Source of the DNA: an uncultured Lentisphaerales bacterium
Lineage (GTDB): Bacteria > Verrucomicrobiota > Lentisphaeria > JABSQK01 > UBA12247
Assembly: GCA_943788985.1 (NCBI GenBank)
Contig: CALSSJ010000011.1
Coordinates: 1 to 64,000 of the forward strand
Direction of reading: 5' to 3'
DNA: 64,000 nucleotides
A program made the translations under genes and the position numbers. The notes below the pieces were generated by a model, which was not told where the DNA came from, ran no database searches, and worked only from the letters and a program-made list of their open reading frames with translations. Positions 33,579-44,400 of this stretch are shown piece by piece (position 1 is the stretch's first letter; the number at the start of each line of letters is the position of its first letter).

Positions 33579-36460
33579 TGCCGCTGAGACGCCCTGTGCC
33601 ACGCTCGCTCTGTTTGCTCGTCCTCGCGCTTGCTTGGACCGCCCAAGCCGGCGAGAAGATCTCCTACAACGAGCAGATCCGGCCCATCTTTAACACCTCC
33701 TGTGTGGGCTGCCACGGCGGCGTCAAAAAGAATGCCGGAGTCTCCTTTATTTATCGAGAAGAGGCGCTGGGAACCTCGGCGAATGGCAACCGCATCATCG
33801 TGCCGGGGGAACCCGAGAACTCGGAACTCATCAAGCGGATCTCCTCAGACGACCCGCGTTATGTCATGCCACCTGCCCATGGCGAGCATCACAACGAACC
33901 GCTGAGCCCGGCACAAATCAAGCTGCTCAGCGACTGGATTCGCCAGGGAGCGGAATGGCAGGAGCACTGGGCCTACATCAAGCCGGAGCGGCAGGCGGTG
34001 CAATCACAGCAGCAAAACTGGATCCGCACGCCGATGGACGCCTACGTCCTTGACCAACTCGAGCAAAAGGCCCTGGCGCCGAGCGCCGAAGCGCCGCGTT
34101 CGCAGTGGCTGCGCCGCGTCAGCCTCGACCTTACTGGGCTACCGCCCACGCTTGAAGAGCGCCAGGCATTCCTAGCGGACGAGTCCGACGCGGCCTATGA
34201 AGCGGTCGTCGACCGGCTGCTGGCCTCACCACGCTACGGCGAGCGTTGGGCAGCGATGTGGATGGACCTCGCTCGCTACGCCGATACCATCGGCTACGAA
34301 AAAGACAAACGCCGGACTATCTGGCCCTACCGCAACTGGCTGATCAACGCCTTCAACGAGGACCTTCCCTTTCCAGAGTTCATCCGCGATCAACTGGCCG
34401 GTGATCTAGTAAAGGAGCCCACCACCGAGCAGTTGATCTCGACCGGCTTTCTGCGCCTGACCCAGACCAATACCGAAGGCGGCACCGACGACGAAGAGTT
34501 TCGCGTCGCCGCGGTTTTGGATCGGGTGAACACCACCTGGTCCAGCTTCCAGGGCATCACCTTTGGCTGTGTTCAGTGCCATTCACATCCCTATGAGCCG
34601 ATCCCCCACGAAGATTTCTACCGGTTCATGAGCTTCTTTAACAGCACCGAAGACTGCGACCAGGATAACGACTTTCCGCTTCATGTCGTCGCCCATAAGC
34701 CCGAAGAGCGCCAGCAGGCCACCGCTGCCCAGCTCGACCTTATCCGACTGCGTCGCCTGCTAAACCAGCCCGGTAGCCTGGAACTAGAAAAGCCCGAGCC
34801 TTGGCTGCAGCCAACCTATTCAGCCCTCAAAATCAGCCGCGGAAAACTCAAACAAAAGGCCGGCGTGTTGTACACCGAGGGGACTCAGTCCGTACACACT
34901 ACCTACTACGTAACCCTTGAAAGTCCGGAAGCTGGCACGACCGTCACCTCGCTCAAGGTCACGATCCTCCCTGATACCGATAACCCGGCGGATGGCCCCT
35001 TTCGCGGTGCCCATCTCTCCCAGCTCACGCTGAAAAAGGTAACAGCGGCGGGCAAGTCCTCGGACGTGCCGTTTTCCTATGTCTACGCCGACAGCGTGGC
35101 TGGACCGCTGGGCCAGGATCCCGCTGCCGCGCTTAAGCCGAGTGCTCAGGGCGTAGGCGGCTACCCCAAGTTATTCCGGCAGCGCGACGCAGTGTTTGTG
35201 CTCAAGCAGCCGCTGGAGCTGCAGCCTGGTGACACCCTTGCTGCGACCCTATTCTGCAAGGCCGGAACCACAGGTGGCCAAAACACCGCGCTGCGCAGAT
35301 TTCAGCTGCAGCTCGGCTCATCCCCCGCCTGGCAGCAGTTGGCCGCCAGCGATAGCCAGGCTCAGCTCGTAAAGCAGCTCCGGGAAACGCAAAAGCTTGT
35401 CGCTGGTTTCAAGGGCGAAAAAGTGCCCGTTGCGCTCGAACGCTCCAGCGCCAGCGTCCGCGAAAGCCGTGTGTTTATCGGCGGCAATCGTCTAAACAGA
35501 GGCGAGGCCCAGAAACCTGGCGTGCCCAAAATTCTGAACCCGTATGGCGCTGAGGCGGGCAATCGTCTGGAGATGGCCGAGTGGCTGGCGCATCCCGACA
35601 ACAGCCTGACCGCGCGGGTCTTCGTCAACCGCGTGTTCTCCGAGCTCTTTGGTAACGGCATCGTGCAAACCCTCGGTGACTTTGGCAGCAGCGGCCTGCC
35701 GCCGACCAATCTCGCCTTGCTTGACCACCTGGCAATCGCCTTTCGCGAGGACGGCCAGTGGCAGCTCAAGTCACTGCTCAAGGAAATGGTCTTGTCGGCC
35801 ACCTATCGGCAGGATCACAGGAGCACCGTTGAACTCACAGCCCGGGACCCCCAAAACCTGCTGCTGGCTCGTGGCCCGCGTACGCGCTTGAGCGCCGAAA
35901 TGATCCGAGACCATGCCCTCTCGGCATCCGGGCTGATCGCGCATCGGTTGGGCGGCCCCTCCGTGATGCCGCCTCAGCCGGAAGGTGTTTGGACCACGGT
36001 TTACAGCGGCGAAAAGTGGACCGACGCCAAAGGCCCCGATCGCTACCGGCGGGCGCTGTACACCTTTTGGAAACGCACCGCCCCCTACCCAAGCATGATG
36101 ACCTTCGACGCGGCCTCTCGCGAAGTCTGCAACATCCAGCGCATCTCTACCAATACCCCACTCCAACCGCTGGTGACGCTGAATGATCCGGCCTACCTGG
36201 AGTTTGCCCAAAAGCTAGCCAAAAGAATCCAAAACCATCCAGATGCCGGAGCGCGGGCCAAGATAGCCCAGGGCTATCTGCTCACCACCCAGCAAGAAAT
36301 CCCCACTCCGAGCCTCGACGTACTCGAAAAATTGCATGGCGAACTAGTCGAAGACTATCAGAGCGTCCCCTACGATACGCTTGCTAAAAGTGCCGAAGAA
36401 GCCGCTTGGGTCAATATCGCCGGCGTCCTCTTGAATATTGACTCCGCCCTGACCAAGTAA
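33578..36460 (+). CDS. Planctomycete cytochrome c / DUF1549 / DUF1553 (PSD1) protein
   Basis: CVGCHGG, LRRVSLDLTGLPP, YGERWA..WMDLARYAD, CVQCHSHPY, RLSAEMIRD, TNTPLQ.L.TLND. Confidence 0.9.
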   Translation: MPLRRPVPRSLCLLVLALAWTAQAGEKISYNEQIRPIFNTSCVGCHGGVKKNAGVSFIYREEALGTSANGNRIIVPGEPENSELIKRISSDDPRYVMPPAHGEHHNEPLSPAQIKLLSDWIRQGAEWQEHWAYIKPERQAVQSQQQNWIRTPMDAYVLDQLEQKALAPSAEAPRSQWLRRVSLDLTGLPPTLEERQAFLADESDAAYEAVVDRLLASPRYGERWAAMWMDLARYADTIGYEKDKRRTIWPYRNWLINAFNEDLPFPEFIRDQLAGDLVKEPTTEQLISTGFLRLTQTNTEGGTDDEEFRVAAVLDRVNTTWSSFQGITFGCVQCHSHPYEPIPHEDFYRFMSFFNSTEDCDQDNDFPLHVVAHKPEERQQATAAQLDLIRLRRLLNQPGSLELEKPEPWLQPTYSALKISRGKLKQKAGVLYTEGTQSVHTTYYVTLESPEAGTTVTSLKVTILPDTDNPADGPFRGAHLSQLTLKKVTAAGKSSDVPFSYVYADSVAGPLGQDPAAALKPSAQGVGGYPKLFRQRDAVFVLKQPLELQPGDTLAATLFCKAGTTGGQNTALRRFQLQLGSSPAWQQLAASDSQAQLVKQLRETQKLVAGFKGEKVPVALERSSASVRESRVFIGGNRLNRGEAQKPGVPKILNPYGAEAGNRLEMAEWLAHPDNSLTARVFVNRVFSELFGNGIVQTLGDFGSSGLPPTNLALLDHLAIAFREDGQWQLKSLLKEMVLSATYRQDHRSTVELTARDPQNLLLARGPRTRLSAEMIRDHALSASGLIAHRLGGPSVMPPQPEGVWTTVYSGEKWTDAKGPDRYRRALYTFWKRTAPYPSMMTFDAASREVCNIQRISTNTPLQPLVTLNDPAYLEFAQKLAKRIQNHPDAGARAKIAQGYLLTTQQEIPTPSLDVLEKLHGELVEDYQSVPYDTLAKSAEEAAWVNIAGVLLNIDSALTK

Positions 36461-36483
36461 GCCACGATCAACCAGGTGCCACG

Positions 36484-37935
36484 ATGAATGTATACGACCA
36501 ACTCCGTCACGATTCCGGCCTGCTCAACAGCCGTCGCCAATTTCTGAAATCTTGCGTCGCTGGCGTCGGTGGCGCCTGGCTTTCCAGTCTCGGCTTGCCA
36601 GCACTAGCCGAGGACCCGCTTGAGCGAGGCATCCCCCACTTTGCCCCCAAAGCCAAGCGCGTCATTTTTCTGCACATGGCTGGCGCTCCCAGCCAGCTCG
36701 AGTTGTTCGACTACAAGCCCGAACTCAACCGGCTCAATGGCCAGGACTGCCCGCGCGAATTCCTGGAAGGCCAGAACTTCGCCTTCATTCAAGGAGTCCC
36801 CCAAATGCTGGGCTCGCAGTACGACTTTCATCAGGCCGGGGACAACCGGCAGTGGATCAGCGACCGCTTGCCCTTCACCGAACGCGTCATCGACCAGCTG
36901 TGCATCATCCGCTCCATGCATACCGACCAGTTCAACCATGCGCCTGCCCAGTTGCTGATGCACACCGGCCAGACCATTCAGGGTAACCCATCCATTGGTG
37001 CCTGGAGCACCTACGGCCTCGGCAGCGAAAGCCAGAACCTGCCCGGCTACATCGTCCTGGCCTCAGGCGGCAAAACCCCCTCTGCCGGAAAATCCGTGTG
37101 GGGCAGCGGCTTTCTGCCCTCCGTCTACCAAGGCGTCCAGTGTCGCTCCAAGGGCGACCCGGTCATGTACCTCTCCAGTCCCGACGGCATGCCACGCGAG
37201 ATTCGTCGCAAGGCCATCGATGCCATTACCGAGATCAACCAGCAGACCCACGAAGACCTGCACGATGCCGAGACGCTCGCCCGTATTTCCCAGTACGAGA
37301 TGGCCTTTCGGATGCAGATTCACGCCAGCGCTGCCTTCGACATCCAGCAAGAGCCCGAGTACATCCACAAGCTCTACGGCACACAGCCAGGCAAAGAGTC
37401 CTTTGCTAACAACTGCCTGTTGGCACGGCGGTTGGCCGAGCGCGGCACTCGCTACATCCAGCTCTTCGACTGGGGCTGGGACTCGCATGGCGCCGGCAAA
37501 GCCGAAGCCCTCAATCATGGCTTCACCGACAAATGTCGGCAGATGGACCAGGCGACCTTCGCCCTCCTCACCGATCTCAAGCAACGCGGGCTCCTCGAAG
37601 ACACCCTTGTGATCTGGGGCGGTGAATTTGGGCGCACGCCGATGCGCGAGAACCGAGGCGGTGGCGAGATGAAATTCATCGGCCGCGATCACAATCCTGG
37701 CGCCTTCACCATGTGGATGGCCGGTGCCGGCATCAAGCCGGGCGCCCACGGCGAAACCGACCCGATGGGCTACCGGGCAGTCAAAGACAAAGTCAGCGTC
37801 CACGACCTGCAGGCCACCATTCTCAACCGCCTCGGCCTGCACCACAAAAAGCTCAGCTACCCATTCCAGGGTCTTAACCAGACCCTGACTCCGGTCAGTA
37901 AACCCGCCCGTGTCCTGCACCAGCTCTTTGCCTGA
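36484..37935 (+). CDS. DUF1501 domain protein (Tat signal)
   Basis: SRRQFL, KAKRVIFLHMAGAPSQLELFDYKP, CLLARRLAERG, WDSH, GEFGRTP, GRDH. Confidence 0.92.
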   Translation: MNVYDQLRHDSGLLNSRRQFLKSCVAGVGGAWLSSLGLPALAEDPLERGIPHFAPKAKRVIFLHMAGAPSQLELFDYKPELNRLNGQDCPREFLEGQNFAFIQGVPQMLGSQYDFHQAGDNRQWISDRLPFTERVIDQLCIIRSMHTDQFNHAPAQLLMHTGQTIQGNPSIGAWSTYGLGSESQNLPGYIVLASGGKTPSAGKSVWGSGFLPSVYQGVQCRSKGDPVMYLSSPDGMPREIRRKAIDAITEINQQTHEDLHDAETLARISQYEMAFRMQIHASAAFDIQQEPEYIHKLYGTQPGKESFANNCLLARRLAERGTRYIQLFDWGWDSHGAGKAEALNHGFTDKCRQMDQATFALLTDLKQRGLLEDTLVIWGGEFGRTPMRENRGGGEMKFIGRDHNPGAFTMWMAGAGIKPGAHGETDPMGYRAVKDKVSVHDLQATILNRLGLHHKKLSYPFQGLNQTLTPVSKPARVLHQLFA

Positions 37936-38161
37936 CACCAACTGGGGCGTTGACATGTCAGCCTTCTTCGTCGCTCTTCCAGGGCGTAGTCGTTGGGGGA
38001 TCTGGACCGCGCTCCGGGGGCGAAGGCGTTGCCATATCGATCCAGGCCCTGACAGAAGCCAAAGGACCGTTCCGCGCGAAGCGCCGGGCTCTCTGCAGAA
38101 TCGCACGTCTTTGCCTAAACCCACCACTTCGCTTCTCAAACGGGTGCGTCAAGGGATCCGG

Positions 38162-38560
38162 ATGAAGGACGATACGCTGCGACCAATCACGCCCGACGAT
38201 ATGTTTCGCGAACGTATCGTGCGCTCCAGAAGGATGACCGCGAATGAGCGGGGCGCTGCCAGCCTGGATATGTACGATCTAACCTGTGCGATTGTGTTGG
38301 ACGGTGTCTTCGCCCAGATAAAGGGTGCCTCCGAGCCCTGAGGCGGCCACGCTTGCCGACGGCTGGAAAGACCGGTTGGTTCCCCTGACCAATGCCAATA
38401 CTCGCGGTGTTACCGGATGGTGCCTGTCACCTATTGATCTACTGCTCAGCAAACTCGCTGCTGGCAGGGCCAAGGCCTTCCGTTTCATTCGCGCTGTTCT
38501 GCACCACCGTTTGTTCGGAGAGCTGCGAGGATTACTGACCAACCGGTTCAAGGCTGCATC
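38162..38560 (+). pseudogene. Joined remnants of a small antitoxin-like gene and a nucleotidyltransferase C-terminus
   Basis: 38162..38341 ERIVRSRRMTANER...DLTCAIVLDGV; an overlapping frame gives ATLADGWKDRLVP..NANTRGVTGWCL.P.DL..SKLAAGR.K (DUF6036-like), with no N-terminus. Confidence 0.6.
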
Positions 38561-38725
38561 ATTCACTTGTTCTTCGACGGCAATCGCCTACGCCGATTGT
38601 GGCAAGCGCGAAAGCACGCCTTTCCCAGCTAAGGAGCGCTGCCCCACGTTGCAAGCGAGCTCATCTTGTGTAGGCTACCCCATGTATCCCCCTTTCCCTG
38701 CGATCCAGCCCCTCGGAGGCACGAC

Positions 38726-39469
38726 ATGACTGTTCTTAAATCCGTGCTTGGCATCATCCTGCTAATCATTATCGCCGCTTTGGTATGGAATTTTTTCCCG
38801 GGGCTGCGCCACGAAGGTAAGCAAGCCTACCGCAAATACGGAGGCTGGACAGATGAAGCACGTTCTTCAGACCCAGTAGGTTTTCTGGAATATGCTGCCG
38901 AGAAGTTGGACCAAGATCTTGATACGATGCAAGGCACTCGGCGAAGCCTGCAGACCGCATGCGACGACCTAGCCGCGCGCCGCACCGAGACCGAGCCGCT
39001 ACTGGAAGCTGCCGACGCACTGGCCGTCCAGTTTCGTGATGCGTTTCAGCGAGCAGAACGGGACGGTTTTCCGGTGGGCGTATCCGGTCAATCCTACAAG
39101 CGGGCAGAACTGATCCAGCAAGTGCAGCTTATCCTCCTGCAACAGGAGGGCTACCAGCAGACGCTTGAGCAGTTCACCGAGGCCACTGCTGCGGCGGAAG
39201 CAAAAGCCCTCGAGTTGGCCAGCCAAATTGCCAAGAGTAAGGCGGTCCTGGCGACGTTGCCTGCCAAGATCGAAATTGCCCGTGTCCAAGAACTGACGGC
39301 TAGCACCACAGAATTGCTGGATCAGATCCACGACGTTCTCGGGAGCAACCAGAGCGCCTTGGGCGATACCCCGATTCGCACCGTCGAAGAGCTGATGCAG
39401 ACGCCTGCGGTTTCCGATCCAGATGGCGACAAGCGTCAAGCGCTGGAGTTTCTGGAAGTCGCACCGTGA
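38726..39469 (+). CDS. Membrane-anchored coiled-coil protein, PspA/IM30-like architecture
   Basis: RBS GGAGG; N-terminal TM VLGIILLIIIAALVW; DPVGFLEYA..KL followed by long amphipathic helices. Confidence 0.55.
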   Translation: MTVLKSVLGIILLIIIAALVWNFFPGLRHEGKQAYRKYGGWTDEARSSDPVGFLEYAAEKLDQDLDTMQGTRRSLQTACDDLAARRTETEPLLEAADALAVQFRDAFQRAERDGFPVGVSGQSYKRAELIQQVQLILLQQEGYQQTLEQFTEATAAAEAKALELASQIAKSKAVLATLPAKIEIARVQELTASTTELLDQIHDVLGSNQSALGDTPIRTVEELMQTPAVSDPDGDKRQALEFLEVAP

Positions 39470-40284
39470 GCCTCGGCAGCGCGATTCTGCTCGGACTTGG
39501 CGGGTTTCTCTTACTCTACGCCATTTTCAGTTTTATCCGTCCCGGAGACGAGACAGGCACAGGCAAGGCACGGCCTTTGGGATGTGGCTTCACGGTCCTC
39601 GCCGGTGTAATCTGGGGCATCGCCCTGGCGGGGTATCTAGGGTGGAGTAGCGGTCTGCGGCTAGGCATTGCTCTGGCCTGCCTGCTGCCAGTTCTGGTCA
39701 CCCTCTTCCACCCGAAACGTCGCAGCTTGGTGACGGCTCTGGTGCTGCTCTCAATAGCACTCGTTTTAGGCGTTCCCGTGTTGCCCCAACTGGGCGCGCT
39801 CTTCGGCCCGTCAGGCGGGACTGCCGGGACTCTGCGCGATCTGGAGCGGAAGTTGGCCGAGCTGGAGCGTCGCCTGGACGCCGGGACGGAGCTACGACGG
39901 TCACTTGCTGACCAATCCCGCGCCTTGCACGAGGACATTCGTGCCCTCGGGCATGCCGACTACGAGACGCTTGTCGCACACCCCGAAGCGCACGCCCTGC
40001 TCAAGGAGTTGGCCGAAGTTGAGAGTCTTGTAGCAGCGAATGACAAGAATGAGCTGCGCCTGACGCAAGAGAGTGACGCTTTGGCAGCGGCCTTGCGACG
40101 CCTGGGCCGTCTGGCCGAAAGCGAGGCTGCCACTGGCGAAACCTTGGCGCCTGCCGACGTCGAGGCGATCCTAGAGGGGGCGCGCAGCAGCGCGCCGGAG
40201 GCAGGGCCACGTACCGTGGAAGAACATATGGAGGCAGCCAACATGCGCGAACTCTTCGAGCGGGAATTCGGCGATAAGCGCTAG
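39466..40284 (+). CDS. Four-TM membrane protein with C-terminal coiled coil
   Basis: GTGA start/stop overlap with the upstream gene; four hydrophobic segments, then heptad-rich helices. Confidence 0.7.
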   Translation: MSLGSAILLGLGGFLLLYAIFSFIRPGDETGTGKARPLGCGFTVLAGVIWGIALAGYLGWSSGLRLGIALACLLPVLVTLFHPKRRSLVTALVLLSIALVLGVPVLPQLGALFGPSGGTAGTLRDLERKLAELERRLDAGTELRRSLADQSRALHEDIRALGHADYETLVAHPEAHALLKELAEVESLVAANDKNELRLTQESDALAAALRRLGRLAESEAATGETLAPADVEAILEGARSSAPEAGPRTVEEHMEAANMRELFEREFGDKR

Positions 40285-40317
40285 TCTGGGCGGTGATCCG
40301 GGGGGGGGGCGTGGCCG

Positions 40318-41277
40318 CTACTTCTGCTCGCTCAGCGGCTCATCCGCACAGGCGAGATCACCAACCGCGTATTGGATGCCACCAAGAATAAACGCGAGTA
40401 AAGCAGGCTGGTCAAAGCTTTGGGCATTATGCGAGGGCGAACAGAAGAAGACCCGGCCCTTTTCGTGTCGCTTGATCCAGGCCACATAGCGCGGCAAATC
40501 TGGCAGCTTGGCCACTCGCTTGTTGGGCTTTAGCTTGCCTAGGTCCATCTCAAGCAGAGGGTGGAAATTCAGCTTCGGATAGGCTCGGTTGAACAGGTAT
40601 GGCTCGTCGTGATGGGTAAACGGCTTGCCGTCGAAGGGCTTCAGCAGCGGATGCTCTGGGTTCACTGGCTGCAACACGACGTCCTGCTGAGGTGGGTGAA
40701 AATGAAAGCTGCCACCAACGATGCCGCTGAATTCATCCGAGTGGTTGAAGCTGGTAATGCCGCCATGCAACAGCACGAGCCCGCCACCCCCAGAGACATA
40801 GTCGACCAGGCTGCGATAGAGCAACGTCGCCAGTGCTTCTCGCTCAGGCAGCGGCAGTTCCTTGTACGCAGCCCCGAATTCATCGACTTTGTTGATCAGT
40901 ACATCACGGAATGTATCGCGGTCTTTTCCATGGGGACAGGTGTTGTTCATGATCACCGCGTCGTACTGGGCCAGAGTTTCTGGGCGAAACTGCTCGATGT
41001 CCGTGGTGGCCACTGTCTCGAATGCGCCTGACGTTTCGCCGATGACCCGCACTACCGCTTCTGTGTGGGGGATACACCAGTGCTTATACCCAGTTGCCAG
41101 CGAGAAAGCCAGCACCTTGCGCGCTTTGGCAGGCGTCGCCGGGGCTTTTTGGGGCGCACGCTTGCGAAGCCTCTGTTCCCACGCGGAGCTTGGCTCGAAG
41201 GCTGGTTGCCCAGCGAAGACTGGAAGTGCTAAGGCCAGCAGCAGGGCTGGCAGTGTGAGAGGAAGAGTGACCTTCAT
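40318..41277 (-). CDS. Secreted ThuA-like domain protein
   Basis: Signal MKVTLPL..., RKVLAFSLATGYKHWCIPH, YDAVIMNNT, GKGRVF-like EKGRVFFCSPSHN. Confidence 0.82.
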   Translation of the reverse strand: MKVTLPLTLPALLLALALPVFAGQPAFEPSSAWEQRLRKRAPQKAPATPAKARKVLAFSLATGYKHWCIPHTEAVVRVIGETSGAFETVATTDIEQFRPETLAQYDAVIMNNTCPHGKDRDTFRDVLINKVDEFGAAYKELPLPEREALATLLYRSLVDYVSGGGGLVLLHGGITSFNHSDEFSGIVGGSFHFHPPQQDVVLQPVNPEHPLLKPFDGKPFTHHDEPYLFNRAYPKLNFHPLLEMDLGKLKPNKRVAKLPDLPRYVAWIKRHEKGRVFFCSPSHNAQSFDQPALLAFILGGIQYAVGDLACADEPLSEQK

Positions 41278-41488
41278 GAGAATAGGATCTTGTCGTTCAG
41301 GGGGGCTTCGAAGTTTACTACATATTGCGCTTGGAAGCAAGTTAGATAATCTTTCGCATTTGTCCAAAGTGATGCCGATACCGGCGCGAAATGATGGCCC
41401 CATCCCTGTTGTGGCAGCTGCCTCGTGGACTACTGTGCTTTGTGCTTCCACACACTGCTGCACGCACCGGAATTGGAAAAATCATAGA

Positions 41489-44400
41489 ATGCAACCAAGT
41501 ACTTTTCAATTCTCTGCCCACGTCACGCGCTTGGCTTTCCTGGCACTTTGTCTCAGCCTGTTCATGAGCGGCTCAGGGCTAGCGAACGAGTCGGTAGAAC
41601 TGTTTCCTGCTGGGCAGGCGAAGTGGCAGCAGGCCGGACCGGGCAGCTTTAGCATCGAAAACGGCATTGCGACCAGCCAGGGAGGTATGGGGCTGTGGTG
41701 GTATGCTGGCAAGGCGTACGCGAACGCCACCTTCGATATCGAATTTCAGCTACCGAACCACAAATGGAACTCGGGGATTTTTATCCGCTTTCCAGACCCC
41801 GGAAACGATCCGTGGGTCGCGGTGCGTAAGGGCTACGAGTGCCAGGTCAACGGCGATAAGCCGAGCAAAAGCGCAACTGGCGGGATCTTTAGCATCCAGG
41901 CCCCCAGTCATATGTCCTTGAAGAAACCGGGCGACTGGAATCATTATCAGATCACCACCTGGCAAAACAAGATTCTCATTGTCATTAATGATGAATTGGT
42001 GAACGTATTTACGACCCAGCCGGGCCGGGGCGATCAGCAGGGCTACATCGGCCTGCAGAATCACGATCCCAAGTCGCAAGTACAGTATCGCCAGATTGCG
42101 GTTCGCGAGTGGGCTCAGGATGCGACCTTAGACGAGGTGCAGGCAAGCCTGGGGATCACCCGCGCAGACTGGGCGAACTACCAAGCGCAGCGCAACCCGA
42201 GGGCGAAGTGGTATCAAAAAATGGATATTGGCCCGGCGTTTGCCAGCGTGTTTGAGGACCATTATCATGGCGAGCCCCGCTTGGCGGCTCTCAAAGGGCT
42301 CTGCCTTGAATTGTCGGCCAGCGATTCTATTCGCGGCCTGTTCGACACGGAGACCCTGCGGATGAGTTCGGCCTTCCAAGGCGGGTTGCACTGGTCAGGT
42401 ACACCTTGGACAGGTGCCCACGGCGGCATCATCCGCATGGCGAACGACACAGCGCCCATCATGCAGACCTCTCGCAAGCCAGGCTGGGCCGATAAGAATG
42501 GCTCATTTGCGGATCCGCGGCCCATCAAGGAGTATGGGAATCTGGCCGAGGATCACGCTCGCTTCAACGGCCATTATCGCCATGGCAGCCGGGTCATTCT
42601 CGACTATTCCGTCTTGGGCTCGCGTGTGCTGGAACTGCCCACCGGAAAAGTCGCCGCTGGAGCACCAGCAGTCTTTCGCCAGCTGGACCTGGCAGCTTGT
42701 GAGTACGACCGCTTGTTGTTGGTGGCGGACGATACCCAATCGGAGGTTACTCTGGATGGCGCAGGCACGCTGGCAACGATCAGCCAGCCGGAGCATGAGA
42801 TGGCCGCTGTGCTGCCGCAGGAGGTTGCGGGCGAGGTGAGCGTGGTGACCGACCACACCACGGGGGACTGGGACGAACTTACTATGGGAGCCCCGTCGGA
42901 CCGCGATGCGGGCGACCGCAACGTCAATAAGAAGACCACCTTTCGGGTGGTCCCCGGCTATCTCCCCACGCATGTGCGGGGTGGTGCCGAGGGCGGAGTT
43001 GCTGTGCGCCTGAATGATGGGTTAGCTGCGCGCAATAAGGATGATGTCCCCCGCAGCTTTTTCTTCGCCGACCAGGCCAAGCCGGGCAGGCTAGAGCTGA
43101 ATCTCGATGGCATCCAAGAACTGCGGCGCATTCATCTGTACTCCCATCACAAAAGTAACCGCGCTCCTCAGAGCGTCGAGATCTATGGGGCTGTGGCTCT
43201 TACGGCTGACGCGACACTCGCCATGAAGGAGCTGCCCAACGGGGGCTGGACCCACATTGCTGGTTACAGCACGAGCCACTTCGATGACGGCGGCAAGCAC
43301 GGGGCCGCGATCCTCGCCCCCGCCGGTGAGGCGTTCGGCGCCTACAGAAAGCTGCTGTTCATCTGCGTACCCGGCAGAAAGAAGTCAAACATGCAGACCT
43401 TTTTCTCGGAGATCGACCTTTACGGAAAGGATGCCCCAGCGCTCAAGCCGGTCGGGGGAAGTCGTGATGGCGGGCTGTCCTATATGGCGCATCTGAAGAG
43501 TGAAGGGCTGCGCTTCAGCGCTGGCGAAGATGGGGCGCTGCTGCTGCGGATCCCTGCCTCCAAGAAGCCCACCCGCCTTACGATTGGCTATGCTGCTAGC
43601 CAACAGCAACCAGCAGATCTCGGTTCCGCCATTGCTGCGCTCAAAGCCGCTACGCCAGCGCCACGCGAGCTCGCCTCACTCACCCACGGCACAGGTCCTG
43701 CGCTCTTCCCCGAGACTGTGGAGGCAACAATTGAGCGTGGTACTGATCAGGACACGTGGGCGGTGGACACCATCGGCCTGCCGGTCAACAATCCCTGGTT
43801 CTCGATGATCAAGCCCGGCGGTTTGGACCTTTTTACCGATGGCGACTCTGCTGCGATCTGCACCTGGAATGGGGATGTTTGGATCGTTAAAGGCCTCAAG
43901 AGCGGTGACGGGACCGTGCATTGGCAGCGCTTCGCCACCGGCTTGTACGAGCCGTTGGGACTAAGGATTGTCGACGACATCGTATACGTCAACTGCCGTG
44001 ACCAGATCACCCGCCTTCATGACCAGAATCAGGACGGCGAGGCCGACCGGTATGAGTGCTTCAATAACGACGTCTATATCACCGCAAACTTCCACGAGTT
44101 TACCTTTGGCCTGCAGACCGATCAAGACGGAAATTTCTATCTTGCCAAGGGCGCACCCGTACGTGCTGGCGGGCGTGGTTTTGAGCGTATTTTGCCACAC
44201 AACGGCACCCTGCTGCGCATTGCCAAAGATGGCAAGAAACTCGACGTGATCGCGACGGGGCTGCGCGCGCCTGGCGGGATCGGGGTCGGCCCCAATGGCG
44301 AAATCACCACAGGGGAGAATGAAGGCACTTGGCAGCCGTGCTGCAAGCTCAATTACTTTACCCAGCCAGACACCTTCCTCGGCGTCGAGGATGCTGCTCA

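Noticed and set aside
40300..40309. G10 run as a phase-variation tract
   Set aside because: It lies between two convergent stop codons, so length change would not alter a frame or promoter.
40862..41488. 209-codon N-terminal extension of the 2101-aa ORF
   Set aside because: It overlaps the opposite-strand ThuA-like gene; the signal peptide begins after ATG 41489.
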